Below, in pieces: positions 1 through 9,640 of a stretch of DNA of 42,263 bases. A program made the position numbers and the translations under genes. The notes under the pieces are model-generated. The model was given only the letters and a program-made list of their open reading frames with translations, had not been told where the DNA came from and ran no database searches. Every line of letters begins with the position of its first letter. Within the stretch, counting starts at the first letter, position 1. The stretch covers positions 1-42,263 of the forward strand of contig JBIHZV010000001.1 of the NCBI GenBank assembly GCA_044240275.1. The letters are read 5' to 3'. This stretch comes from Ilumatobacteraceae bacterium (GTDB lineage Bacteria; Actinomycetota; Acidimicrobiia; Acidimicrobiales; Ilumatobacteraceae).

Positions 1-53
1 ACTCGTCTGCACTTGCAACTCTTGCCTTCCAAACTCAAAAGTAGGTAGACACG

Positions 54-1091
54 ATGCACGCAGTCGTGCTTGTCGGAGGGTTCGGAACAAGACTTCGACC
101 ACTGACTTACAGCATTCCAAAGCCGTTGCTGCCAGTAGCGCACACGTCAATGCTTGAGCGCTTAATGAGTTCTCTTGCACGCGGTGGTGTGACCCATGCA
201 GTGCTCGCACTTGGTTTTAAACCAGAGCCATTCATGGCAGCGTTTCCCAATGACATGTGTGGATCGGTGCAACTGTCGTACGCAGTGGAGGACACTCCTC
301 TTGACACCGCTGGTGCAATTGGTTTTGCAGCGCGTACAGCCGGCATCTCAGAAACATTTGTCGTTGCTAATGGAGATGTACTGACGGATTTAGATATTGC
401 ATCGTTGATTTCATTTCACCGACAACATGGTGCAGAGGGAACAATTTCGCTCACGCCCGTGAGCGACCCTTCTCAATATGGAATTGTTGAGACTGACGAA
501 AACGGGCGAGTGTTGCGATTTGTTGAAAAACCACAGCCAGGAATGACCACAAGCAATTTTGCGAGTGCGGGCACGTATGTACTTGAGCCATCTGCATTAG
601 CGCGTATGCCAGGCGACGAGAAACTCTCGATAGAACGAGTCGTTTTTCCTCAGATGGTTCTTGATCAGTCGTTGTTTGCAATGTGGTCCGATGATTACTG
701 GATTGATGCAGGGCGACCAGACACATTTATCGAAGCGAATGTGCACGTTTCAAAACGACTCGCACAAGCGACTGATGCGCCGATTCATCCCACAGCAACC
801 GTGTCTGCATCTGCAGTGATTATCGACAGCGTGATTGGTGAAAATGGAACCGTTTTGGATGGAGCTCGAATTCAGCACTCAGTGTTGCTACCTGGGGCCC
901 AAATTGGTCAAGGAGCAGTTGTGATTGACTCGCTGGTGATGGGAAAGGTTGGCGCAAATTCTCAGGTAAGCAACTCGATAATCGGGTCTACTGGTGTTGT
1001 GAGCGATAACGAGGTATGCAACAACGCGTCTGTGCCAGCACATGATCCTGCACAGGTTCCAGAAAAATCTCCGGAAAAATCTCCGGAGTAA
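54..1091 (+). CDS. manC: Mannose-1-phosphate guanylyltransferase (NDP-sugar pyrophosphorylase with C-terminal left-handed beta-helix)
   Basis: ATG ORF, 345 aa. It carries the [14 protein letters not shown] nucleotidyltransferase loop plus PKPLLPV, NGDVL, VEKP and YWIDAGRP motifs. It is collinear by eye with actinobacterial GDP-mannose pyrophosphorylase (M. tuberculosis Rv3264c type). The C-terminus is hexapeptide-repeat-like. Confidence 0.85.
   Translation: MHAVVLVGGFGTRLRPLTYSIPKPLLPVAHTSMLERLMSSLARGGVTHAVLALGFKPEPFMAAFPNDMCGSVQLSYAVEDTPLDTAGAIGFAARTAGISETFVVANGDVLTDLDIASLISFHRQHGAEGTISLTPVSDPSQYGIVETDENGRVLRFVEKPQPGMTTSNFASAGTYVLEPSALARMPGDEKLSIERVVFPQMVLDQSLFAMWSDDYWIDAGRPDTFIEANVHVSKRLAQATDAPIHPTATVSASAVIIDSVIGENGTVLDGARIQHSVLLPGAQIGQGAVVIDSLVMGKVGANSQVSNSIIGSTGVVSDNEVCNNASVPAHDPAQVPEKSPEKSPE
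1062..1085 (+). repeat. Perfect 12-bp tandem duplication (GAAAAATCTCCG x2) at the 3' end of manC, encoding EKSPEKSPE
   Basis: Read directly: 1062-1073 and 1074-1085 are identical. The stop codon follows 3 nt later. Confidence 0.9.
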
Positions 1092-1099
1092 CAAGCAAA

Positions 1100-2032
1100 A
1101 TGACCGTCACCCGAAAGTCGAAAGTATTCGTCTGCGGTGGTGCAGGGTTTATCGGTTCACATCTTGTAGAGCGGTTGCTTGCAGACGGACACTCAGTCGA
1201 TGTTGTTGATGACCTGTCAACGGGTTCACTCGCCAATTTGTCGGTTGCACGCACGCTTGGCGGAGCACTTAAATTCCATCATCTTGACATCTCGACGGTT
1301 GAATTTGCTGAGCTCGTAGGGTTGCGCCAACCCGATGTGATTTTTCACATGGCTCTCTTGCCTCCGAGTGCCACCGAGTCGGCCTCGGTGCTTCGAGCAG
1401 CACCAATGCTGTTGTCGGTTCTTGAAGCAGCGCGACGACACCGCGTAACAAAAGTTGTTGCTTGTTTGCCAGCGGTGCTGGTGTACGGCGAAGTTCCAGC
1501 CAAATATCTACCTGTAAAAGAAGGACGCAAAGCGGACGCGATTGGGGTGCCGCATGTGATGGCGCAGACAATTATCGATCTCCTGAGCGTGTATCGAGAG
1601 ATGCACGATATTGAATTCACTGCGTTGGCAATGACCAATGTGTACGGCCTACGTCAACGGCCAGAAGACGGCGTTGTGGCTGCATTTGCGTCGGGGGTGG
1701 TTCGTAATCAAGACCCAGATATTTATGGCAACGGAAAACAGACGCGAGATTTTCTCTATATCGACGACGCGGTTGACGTACTCGTGCGCACGATTTCTAA
1801 AGGCGGTGGTCTCGTACTTAATGCGGGAACTGGGGTGCAGACGACAATTGAAGAATTGTGGAAGATACTTGGTGCCGGCAGCACATTGCGCGCAAAGAAA
1901 CTGCCAGCACGACCAGGTGATGTGCAGAGGTTGGCCGTATCGACTGTGCGAACACGAATTCAACTGGGTTGGTCATCGTGGACGAGCCTTGCTGAAGGTT
2001 TGGAAACAGTACGCGAAAGTTTTACGCGCTAG
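1100..2032 (+). CDS. NAD-dependent epimerase/dehydratase family protein (extended SDR) with a non-canonical active site
   Basis: 310 aa, 8 nt after manC. The Rossmann motif [12 protein letters not shown] is intact and NVYGLRQ is present. The positions of the canonical Ser and YxxxK read [11 protein letters not shown] and VPHVMAQ. Confidence 0.75.
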   Translation: MTVTRKSKVFVCGGAGFIGSHLVERLLADGHSVDVVDDLSTGSLANLSVARTLGGALKFHHLDISTVEFAELVGLRQPDVIFHMALLPPSATESASVLRAAPMLLSVLEAARRHRVTKVVACLPAVLVYGEVPAKYLPVKEGRKADAIGVPHVMAQTIIDLLSVYREMHDIEFTALAMTNVYGLRQRPEDGVVAAFASGVVRNQDPDIYGNGKQTRDFLYIDDAVDVLVRTISKGGGLVLNAGTGVQTTIEELWKILGAGSTLRAKKLPARPGDVQRLAVSTVRTRIQLGWSSWTSLAEGLETVRESFTR

Positions 2033-2743
2033 TTATCTAAATAAATCTTCTTGAGCAGGGCGAACGATCTCGCTCATTGCTGAATCTCGCAACCATGTTG
2101 GGTCAACACCACGAATGACTGCAACTGGAATGCCCGATGATTTGCCCATTACCAGTTCGCCTGTGCTTGCGAGTTCGTCGGCTACACAAACTTCGGTGAC
2201 ATGCATCGTGCGACCAAGTGCATCTGGAGTGCCGCGCAAGTCGACGACACCCGCAATTCCGGCAACACCGATTGCTACGTCGGTAAGACCATTGCGCCAT
2301 GGTCGACCAAAAGTGTCGCTGACAATGATGCCAACTTCGACACCCAACTTGGCTTTGATGATGTCGCGGATGCGTCGAGCAGACCGATCGCTATCTAGCG
2401 GCAGGAGTGCAGCAAAACCGCGCTCGACATTTGATAAATCAATTCCACTATTTGCGCAAATAAAACCGTGCTTGGTCTCGGTAATGATTAAATCGCCGCG
2501 ACGCCGAACGATGCGAACGGCTTCGTCTTCGACGAGTTGCTTGTGGCTGACAGGGTCATCTGGGTCAATGGCGACGAGGCGCCCTTCGGCCTTCGAGACA
2601 ATCTTTTGCGTTACAACCAGCACATCACCATTGAGCAGCGGGCCGTTTGGTTCGGTGCGACAAGCCTCAACAATGATGTCTCCAAGTTGATCGCCGGGAA
2701 TTATCTCACCGATTCCAAGGACACTCCATGCGGTCATTTTCAT
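2033..2743 (-). CDS. cofE: Coenzyme F420-0:L-glutamate ligase, stand-alone CofE domain
   Basis: 236 aa. CofE-like motifs present: VVTQKIVSKAEGR, ICANSGIDLSN, VSDTFGRPWR, GVAG, DELA, MGK. There is a 4-nt overlap with cofD. No C-terminal nitroreductase-like domain. Confidence 0.8.
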   Translation of the reverse strand: MKMTAWSVLGIGEIIPGDQLGDIIVEACRTEPNGPLLNGDVLVVTQKIVSKAEGRLVAIDPDDPVSHKQLVEDEAVRIVRRRGDLIITETKHGFICANSGIDLSNVERGFAALLPLDSDRSARRIRDIIKAKLGVEVGIIVSDTFGRPWRNGLTDVAIGVAGIAGVVDLRGTPDALGRTMHVTEVCVADELASTGELVMGKSSGIPVAVIRGVDPTWLRDSAMSEIVRPAQEDLFR

Positions 2744-3708
2744 CTTGCGCTCTCCAGTGTGGTGCGGGCCAGATGTTGCGATTTTTCTGGTGTGCTCATC
2801 ACGGTATCAACAACGACACAACGCATACCCTCTGCTTCAACTTTAGGTGCAAGGTGCGCATCTGCGGTATCGATAATGAGTGTGCCGCAAATTGGTGCGT
2901 ACAGTTTTGCGATACCAACAACCGATGATTCGTGGCCGAGTTCGGTCATGAGTCGGTCGGCAGGACCCTTGAGCGCGGCACCCGCAATGATCGGAGAGAT
3001 TGCGACAACCGACTCGCGTCGCTTCGTGAGCGCAGCGTCAATGCCTTGCAATGCGCGCAACGGTGCAATTGAGACAAGCGGATTGGACGGTGCGATGACC
3101 ACGGTTTGTGCTGTTTTGAGTGTGTCGAGTCCAAGTGCAGATGCTGTTGAAGCTCCGTCAAATCGCACAGAGCTCACTGCTACCGAGTGTTGGTGTTTGA
3201 CAAAGTATTCCTGAAATGTAATTTCGGTGCCTTGTGGTCCTGCCGCACAATCGTTGGCAAGGGTGACGAAAGTGGAAACCCGGTCGTTAGACATAGGCAC
3301 AAGATGCACATCGACGCCAAAACTTTTACTGATCTCGGATGTGACCTGCGCAAGTGTTGCGCCCTCGCGTAGGCGAGCAGTGCGATAAAAGTGAGTTGCT
3401 AAATCCTTGTCGCCCAAATTGAACCATGTCGGTGCTGCAGATGAATCCTGTGGGCGTACGTTGACGAAGCGCGCGAGTGCAGACATTGCGGTCCAGGATT
3501 CGTTTTCGAGGCCCCAACCGCGCACGGGATCAATTGCATTTGCAAGTGTGTATGTAACGGTGTCGAGATCTGGCGAAATTGAGAGGCCATGTAAAACGGT
3601 GTCGTCGCCTGTGTTGACAATGGCTGTGATATCGCGAGCGGGAGCTACTTGCACGAGGCCACGAAGAAAACGAGCAGCCCCAACGCCGCCTGCAAGTACA
3701 CAGATCAC
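2740..3708 (-). CDS. cofD: 2-phospho-L-lactate (or EPPG) transferase CofD/FbiA
   Basis: N-terminal VLAGGVGAARFLRGL, then VNTGDD, PDLDT and APSNP motifs typical of CofD. The open frame extends to a TTG at 3756. The GTG at 3708 gives the homologue-like N-terminus MICVLAGGVG, so the start is uncertain. Confidence 0.8.
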   Translation of the reverse strand: MICVLAGGVGAARFLRGLVQVAPARDITAIVNTGDDTVLHGLSISPDLDTVTYTLANAIDPVRGWGLENESWTAMSALARFVNVRPQDSSAAPTWFNLGDKDLATHFYRTARLREGATLAQVTSEISKSFGVDVHLVPMSNDRVSTFVTLANDCAAGPQGTEITFQEYFVKHQHSVAVSSVRFDGASTASALGLDTLKTAQTVVIAPSNPLVSIAPLRALQGIDAALTKRRESVVAISPIIAGAALKGPADRLMTELGHESSVVGIAKLYAPICGTLIIDTADAHLAPKVEAEGMRCVVVDTVMSTPEKSQHLARTTLESAR

Positions 3709-3776
3709 GACGTTGAGCGTAACTATCTTGCATGGACTATTTATGACCAATAGCAACTGCTAGATTTGAACCCGTT

Positions 3777-4766
3777 ATGCGCAAAGCCTTTATCACCGGT
3801 ATTACCGGACAAGACGGACGTCATCTCGCAGAGTTCTTGCAGACCAAGGGATACAAGGTGTATGGCATGATGAAGGGCCAGCACAACCCACGTGCAGAAT
3901 TGTTGCGCGACGAGTTTCCAGACGTAGAGGTAGTACCTGGAGACTTGACCGACCTCACGAGCCTTGTGACTGCACTTGAATATGTGCAGCCTGATGAGTT
4001 TTACAATCTTGGAGCAATTTCATTCGTTGCGATGTCGTTTAACCAAGCCGAATTGACAGCCAATGTGACAGGTCTTGGCGTGTTGCGCGCTCTCGAAGCA
4101 GTGCGCATGGTGGGCGGTGCTCAAAATAATCCAATTCGTTTTTATCAGGCGTCATCATCCGAGATGTTTGGCAAAGTGCGCGAGACGCCTCAAACAGAAC
4201 TCACACCGTTTCACCCTCGATCGCCATATGGCGTTGCCAAGGTGTTTGGTCATGACATCACTGTCAACTATCGTGAGAGTTACGGAATGTATGCGTGCTC
4301 TGGCATTTTGTTTAATCACGAAGGGCCGCGACGTGGTCTCGAGTTTGTGACTCGCAAGATCACCAACACTGCAGCCCGCATCAAACTGGGTATTGATAAG
4401 GAGCTTGTGCTCGGCAATACCGATGCAAAGCGCGACTGGGGATATGCCGGCGACTACGTGAAGGCCATGTGGATGATGCTGCAGCAAGATGCACCAGATG
4501 ATTATGTGATTGCAACTGGCGAGACGCACAGTGTTGACGAATTCTTGACACTTGCATTTGAGAAAGCTGGTCTTGGCGACTTCCGTCAGTATGTGAAGCA
4601 CGATCCAAAATTTTTCCGACCTGCAGAAGTTGACCTATTGATCGGCGACCCATCGAAGGCAGAAAAGAAGTTGGGTTGGAAACGAGAAGTTGGATTTGAT
4701 CAACTAGTTGACATGATGGTGAAACACGACATTGCCTACGAAACGAACCGCCTCAAGAAAATTTGA
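3777..4766 (+). CDS. gmd: GDP-mannose 4,6-dehydratase
   Basis: 329 aa. Motifs: [26 protein letters not shown] (intact S/YxxxK), [20 protein letters not shown]. Confidence 0.9.
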   Translation: MRKAFITGITGQDGRHLAEFLQTKGYKVYGMMKGQHNPRAELLRDEFPDVEVVPGDLTDLTSLVTALEYVQPDEFYNLGAISFVAMSFNQAELTANVTGLGVLRALEAVRMVGGAQNNPIRFYQASSSEMFGKVRETPQTELTPFHPRSPYGVAKVFGHDITVNYRESYGMYACSGILFNHEGPRRGLEFVTRKITNTAARIKLGIDKELVLGNTDAKRDWGYAGDYVKAMWMMLQQDAPDDYVIATGETHSVDEFLTLAFEKAGLGDFRQYVKHDPKFFRPAEVDLLIGDPSKAEKKLGWKREVGFDQLVDMMVKHDIAYETNRLKKI

Positions 4767-6048
4767 GCATGCGGCTGCGCAACGCAAGCGCAAAACTGAT
4801 CAATGCAACTGCTGAACTGCCAACGAGGGCAATCTCAACTCGCAGATACAGATCATTGCTTGACCATGCCGCAAGGGCAACAAAACTTGCAAACCCAAGT
4901 GCCCAGCCAATGCCGGCAAGCGCGTGGCCGCGAAGGGCAATAGTTGCCTGAGCAAACGCAACAGCCACCATGTAGAGCGCACTTGAAAAAGCGAGCAACG
5001 TAAGAGTGCGGCGATCGATGTTGCCTTCGTAGACGAGCTTTAGAACAGCTGGCCCAATCGCAAAGGCGCCAATTGTGCCGACAACACCGACGCCAATAAC
5101 GAGCACGAGAAGTCTCCGCAGCGCACTGCGAAACTCATCGAGGTGACCCTGCGCTGCCAATCGCGCCAAGCGCGGCAACAGAGCTGCTTGCACAGCCTGA
5201 AACAAAAAAAGTGGAATGCGTGCGAAAATTACTGCGTTTCCAAACTGAGTAATGAGTTCGGGTTTGGCATCGGTGCCCAAGATGTCAACGGTGATTGGGC
5301 CTGCATTGACGAGTGCCGCTGCAAACAAAGAGCCAAGTAGCAGCCAGCCAAGATTTGGAGTTACTTCTGGCCAAGGTGCTGGTGGACCAACATCGGTGTG
5401 TAGCTTGCCAAAGAGTCCAACGCCAATAACACCGACAAGTGGTGACAGAGCGATCATGAGTGCAAAGGCACCGACGCTGTCGACTCCCAACGCCCAGAGA
5501 ACTGCAACTCCGATGACACGGGCAGCACCGTCTGCGCCAATGATGATGCCGTAAGCACCAAATCGTTGAGATCCTGAACAGATGCCGCGCGCGAGGTGCA
5601 TCGGTGCGTACGACACAAGCGTGAGCACAAGGCACATCACGACAACGCCATAACCATCAAACAGGTGTTTTGTTATATACGGAGCGGCGATAGCGATGGT
5701 TATGGCAAGAGCCACGAGCATGGTGAGCGCAAGCGGAATCATGCGGCGAATAATTGGTCGGCCACCTTGGTTGAGCGCTCGCCGATGAGAAAGAGCTCTG
5801 CCTACTTCTTGTTCGATCGGCAGGAAGAAGCCAGGTGCAAGCGAAAATGCAATGAACCACATGGCGACAATTGGTTTGAAGCCGTCTTGACCTAGTGCTT
5901 GTTGACCAATTTTAAAAAAGACAAAGGCCGAGATGCCTGCGATGAATAGGCCAACACCAACTGTCAGAGTGCCTTCGGGAAGGGGAATGCGACTGGTGTT
6001 CGTCGGCTGTGAAGCCGAAATCGTTGATGTTGGTTCAGTGAACGACAA
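4753..6048 (-). CDS. Polytopic membrane protein, putative MOP/Wzx-MurJ-like glycan flippase
   Basis: 431 aa, TTG start. Hydrophobic segments run along the whole length with no soluble domain. It lies inside the glycan cluster. The family call rests on architecture only. Confidence 0.5.
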   Translation of the reverse strand: MSFTEPTSTISASQPTNTSRIPLPEGTLTVGVGLFIAGISAFVFFKIGQQALGQDGFKPIVAMWFIAFSLAPGFFLPIEQEVGRALSHRRALNQGGRPIIRRMIPLALTMLVALAITIAIAAPYITKHLFDGYGVVVMCLVLTLVSYAPMHLARGICSGSQRFGAYGIIIGADGAARVIGVAVLWALGVDSVGAFALMIALSPLVGVIGVGLFGKLHTDVGPPAPWPEVTPNLGWLLLGSLFAAALVNAGPITVDILGTDAKPELITQFGNAVIFARIPLFLFQAVQAALLPRLARLAAQGHLDEFRSALRRLLVLVIGVGVVGTIGAFAIGPAVLKLVYEGNIDRRTLTLLAFSSALYMVAVAFAQATIALRGHALAGIGWALGFASFVALAAWSSNDLYLRVEIALVGSSAVALISFALALRSRMLKFS

Positions 6049-6059
6049 GTAAGCCGATA

Positions 6060-6314
6060 TTACTTGTTGGCTTGGGTGCCGCGGCGCGAATTGAGAAGCG
6101 AAGTCATCACCATGGCGATGTTACTGACTGTCGTTTCTACTTGCTTTACAACGAACGCTTTGGCATGAGGGAATTCTTTGTCAATCTCTTCAGAAAGTTC
6201 TCGCCGCCGCACCTGCGCCTTTTGGAAGGTGAGAATACCGATGCCAACAGAGGTGTAGGCCAATTCTTTGGCTTTCATTTTCAAACAATCAAGATCAATA
6301 TTTTTTTCTGTCAC
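6060..6314 (-). CDS. Small hypothetical protein (84 aa) upstream of and co-directional with the flippase-like gene
   Basis: GTG start preceded by AAAGGA with a 5-nt spacer. It has one central hydrophobic stretch (YTSVGIGILTF) followed by a charged helix-like region (QKAQVRRRELSEEIDKE). It ends 11 nt before the next gene. Confidence 0.55.
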   Translation of the reverse strand: MTEKNIDLDCLKMKAKELAYTSVGIGILTFQKAQVRRRELSEEIDKEFPHAKAFVVKQVETTVSNIAMVMTSLLNSRRGTQANK

Positions 6315-6451
6315 AAAGATCCTTTGTAGTCCACAATGTCAAACCGAGGGTATCTAGGGGTACCTGCAAAAGCAAGTATAAGTAATGCTTAGAGCACGCT
6401 TGTTTTTGGCCACGGGGGAGCAAGGTTGGGCACAACTAAACTCTGTGCATC

Positions 6452-9400
6452 GTGACGAATCCAACCGATTTGAACAACTTGGGCGAACGCGTCCCCCCAG
6501 TGCAGGCCCCACCCGTGGTCGTGGCGATGGTGGTGCACCAACCGTGTCCTTGGCTCGATGAAGTATTGACTTCACTTGCAACGCAGGACTACCCAAACCT
6601 GCAAACTTTGTTTTTTATCACCGCAAATATTGCGCCAGCAGACAATGCAAGTGACCGCATTCTCCACCACTTGCCGTCAGCGGTCATTCGTCAGGTTGAG
6701 GGCAACCCTGGGTATGGACCGCTAATGAACGAAGTTGGTCGTTTGGTTGCAGGAGAAAGCGGTTTCTTTTGCTTTATGCATGATGACGTTGCATTAGAGA
6801 GCAATGCAATCTCGACCATGATCGAAGAAGTGTTTAGATCGAATGCGGGTGTCGTTGGACCAAAGTTGGTGATGTGGGATGACATCACGGTGTTGCAAAG
6901 TGTCGGGCTAGGCGCCGATCGAATTGGCGATATTGATTCGGTTGTTGCACAAGGCGAGAAAGACCAAGAACAACACGACGCAGTGCGCGATGTGTTTTTG
7001 TTGCCGTCTGCATGCATGATGGTGCGTGCCGACTTGTTTCGTGAGATCGGTGGTTTTTCCCCCGACATCCCGCTCTTTGGTGAAGACCTAGATTTTTGTT
7101 GGCGCACTCACCTGAGTGGTGCGCGTGTTTTGGTGGTGCCAGCTGCACGTGCAAGACATCGCCAAGAGATGAGTGTCTCTCGATCTGTCTCGACGATGAG
7201 TGCGCTCGAGGCACGTCATCGAGTGCGCACAGTGGCTACGTTGTCGAGCCGAATTCAGTTGCCCATTGTTTTGCTGCAATTGATTGTGATGGCGATTGCC
7301 CGTGTTGTGATCGGTGTATTTAATGGAACATTCAGACAAGCACAAGTTTCGTTGCGCGCATCAATCGCTGTAATTTTTGATGTTCGGTACATTGTTCGGC
7401 GACGTGCGGAGGTGCGACCATATCGACGGGTTTCAGCCGCCGAAATTCATGGCCTACAGAGTCGTGGAAGTGCTCGTTTGTGGGCTTTCATTCGTAAACG
7501 ACAAACCCGAGTGCAAGAGATTTCTGGATTAAGTACCAAGAGTCTGAGCTCTCCCAAGTCAAGGTTTGTGGGGGTTACTGCCCTCATCGTGATCGCACTG
7601 ATTGTTATTGGTAGTCGGGGATTGATCGGCGGAGGGGTTGCATCGGTTGGTGAATTCTTGCCGCTGCGGAGCGCAACCGAATCGCCAACAGCCTCAATCT
7701 CGTCTGTCGTGAGTGGTTGGTGGCAGGCGGGTTTTGGTCAGGCGAGTGCAAACCCAACAGGAATTGTTTTGCTTGCGATTGCTGGTGTTGGCGTGCTGGG
7801 CAGACTCGGAGCATTGCAAATGCTTTCGGTTGTTGGTGCGTTAGTGGTTGGCTGCGTGGGTATGTGGCAAGTAGCGAGTGGTTTTTTTAGTTCGCGAGCG
7901 CGCATTGTTGGGTTTTTGATCTATGCAGCAGTGCCAGCACCCTACGTAGCAATCGCTCAGGGACGTTTTGGGGTGTTGACTTGTTATGCGGCATTGCCAT
8001 GGCTGTTGCGATTGTTCGTGCGCGTTGGTCAGCGTCCGATCGGTGTTCAAAAAACCCAAGTGTGGGCATTGGCTGTTTTGTTTGGTGCTGTGGTCGCTGC
8101 ATTCGCGCCGATTTTTGTGATTGTCGCACTGTTTGCGAGCGCAGCCTGGATGACAGCAGATCTTGTTTCGCACGTGCGATGGCAGGCAATTGTTGCAGTG
8201 CTGCAGATGATGTTTGTGCTTGTTGTGGGAATCATTGTTCTCAACTTCCCATGGTCTGGTGGATTCATCGCATCGGATTGGTGGCAGCAGTTGGTCGGTG
8301 TGCAAACAATGCGAAGTGGTCATGTTGGTCTTGCGACTCTTGCGCGTATGGACAGTGGCGTGATTGCAATCTCTATTTTGTCGCTTGGTTTGTATGTGCC
8401 TGTCATTATTGGTCTGTTGATCGTGCGCGGCGACAAATTGGTGTGGGCTGCACGTTCCGCGTCGCTCGTACTCTTTTCGCTTATCGCTCTGGCATTGTCG
8501 GACGCAGGTTATGTGGATGTGGCGATGCCCGAATACGGAATTTTGTTCGTCGTGATTGCATGTGGTCTGTCATTGGCCGCAGCCGCTATGGCGAGTTTTA
8601 TTTTTGATGATCAAGCCATCAATAGCTATCGATGGTGGAAGCCACTCGCGAGCGTCGCGCTTGCAAGCATCGTGGTAGGTGTTTTGCCCGCGCTCGTACT
8701 TTCTTCCAACGGACGGTGGGGTCAGCCAAAAGTTTCACTCGCTCAGTTGGTGGCACAGCTGCCAACCGACCCAGCATCGGGCGACTACAACGTGGTCTAT
8801 GTGGGACGAAGCGAGGTGCTGCCGTTACCGGCAATGCGTCTTAATGGCCAAACCGCATTTGCTGTTGCGGACGATGGAGAGTTGACATTGCGCGATCATT
8901 GGTTGGCTCCGACTAATGCGCTCACCGATTCGGTTGCTCAAGCTCTGGAAGCAGCGATCTCCCAGGAGACAGTTCGTTGTGGGAGATTGCTGGCAAGTCT
9001 TGGTGTTCGTTATCTTGTCGTGCCAATTATTGATGGTGCGGCGTCAACTGTTGATCAACCACTGGAAGCACCGATTGGTCTGCTCGAAGGTCTGTCGTTA
9101 CAACTGGATTTTCGGCGCGTGTACACAGCAAATGATTTGGTGATCTTTGAAAACATGGCTTACACGCCTTCGTTGACAAAACTGGACGAGGCATCTGGGG
9201 TGCTGAGTCAGCAGGCGGGCACCGATGCCTTGCTGTCATCTCAGTTACAAGTCGCGCAGGTGCTTCCGCGTGTGGGTGACATTGCAAGTCGTCCAACACC
9301 AGTTGACGTAGGCACCATTCATTTGGTCGCACCCTTTAACGATCGCTTGGTGTTGCATGTTGATAACTCTGACGTAATTCCGCGAGTTGCCTTTGGTGGC

Positions 9401-9640
9401 ACAACGGCGTTTGATTCACCCGTGGCAGGAACTGCGACTCTTGACTTTAGGACACCGTGGAATCATGTTGTGCTGCTCTTGGCGCAATTGGTTTTGTGGG
9501 TCTTTGTGATTTCTGCAACGTTTAATCTGAAACGAATAAAGTCCCGAATGGGCGTGCGTCGCGAAGGGCCTCTTGTGCTTGACGAGTCAACTGATTCGGT
9601 GCTTACGTTTAACAAACAAGATGGTGCTGGCACACAATGA
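6452..9640 (+). CDS. Family-2 glycosyltransferase fused to a large polytopic membrane domain and a C-terminal extracytoplasmic domain
   Basis: 1062 aa, GTG start. The N-terminal GT2 signature comprises VVAMVVHQPCPWLDEVLTSLATQDYPN, FMHDDV and GEDLDFCWR. It is followed by many hydrophobic helices (roughly aa 270-760), a roughly 250-aa non-hydrophobic domain and a terminal TM segment (VVLLLAQLVLWVFVISATF). Confidence 0.8.
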   Translation: MTNPTDLNNLGERVPPVQAPPVVVAMVVHQPCPWLDEVLTSLATQDYPNLQTLFFITANIAPADNASDRILHHLPSAVIRQVEGNPGYGPLMNEVGRLVAGESGFFCFMHDDVALESNAISTMIEEVFRSNAGVVGPKLVMWDDITVLQSVGLGADRIGDIDSVVAQGEKDQEQHDAVRDVFLLPSACMMVRADLFREIGGFSPDIPLFGEDLDFCWRTHLSGARVLVVPAARARHRQEMSVSRSVSTMSALEARHRVRTVATLSSRIQLPIVLLQLIVMAIARVVIGVFNGTFRQAQVSLRASIAVIFDVRYIVRRRAEVRPYRRVSAAEIHGLQSRGSARLWAFIRKRQTRVQEISGLSTKSLSSPKSRFVGVTALIVIALIVIGSRGLIGGGVASVGEFLPLRSATESPTASISSVVSGWWQAGFGQASANPTGIVLLAIAGVGVLGRLGALQMLSVVGALVVGCVGMWQVASGFFSSRARIVGFLIYAAVPAPYVAIAQGRFGVLTCYAALPWLLRLFVRVGQRPIGVQKTQVWALAVLFGAVVAAFAPIFVIVALFASAAWMTADLVSHVRWQAIVAVLQMMFVLVVGIIVLNFPWSGGFIASDWWQQLVGVQTMRSGHVGLATLARMDSGVIAISILSLGLYVPVIIGLLIVRGDKLVWAARSASLVLFSLIALALSDAGYVDVAMPEYGILFVVIACGLSLAAAAMASFIFDDQAINSYRWWKPLASVALASIVVGVLPALVLSSNGRWGQPKVSLAQLVAQLPTDPASGDYNVVYVGRSEVLPLPAMRLNGQTAFAVADDGELTLRDHWLAPTNALTDSVAQALEAAISQETVRCGRLLASLGVRYLVVPIIDGAASTVDQPLEAPIGLLEGLSLQLDFRRVYTANDLVIFENMAYTPSLTKLDEASGVLSQQAGTDALLSSQLQVAQVLPRVGDIASRPTPVDVGTIHLVAPFNDRLVLHVDNSDVIPRVAFGGTTAFDSPVAGTATLDFRTPWNHVVLLLAQLVLWVFVISATFNLKRIKSRMGVRREGPLVLDESTDSVLTFNKQDGAGTQ

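Noticed and set aside
1484-1520. A Y-L-P-V-K string (AKYLPVKEG) in the SDR as a possible displaced YxxxK catalytic motif.
   Set aside because: By alignment with GalE-type enzymes, this segment corresponds to the substrate-loop region before the catalytic helix (…PKIPYVE…). It does not correspond to the SPYxxSK position, so its YxxxK spacing is probably fortuitous. This needs structural confirmation.
6354-6596. An 80-aa minus-strand ORF lies in the divergent spacer upstream of the GT2 gene.
   Set aside because: It overlaps the GT2 N-terminus. It is Pro/Arg/Ser/Cys-rich, with no start signal and no motif. The spacer is more plausibly promoter DNA.
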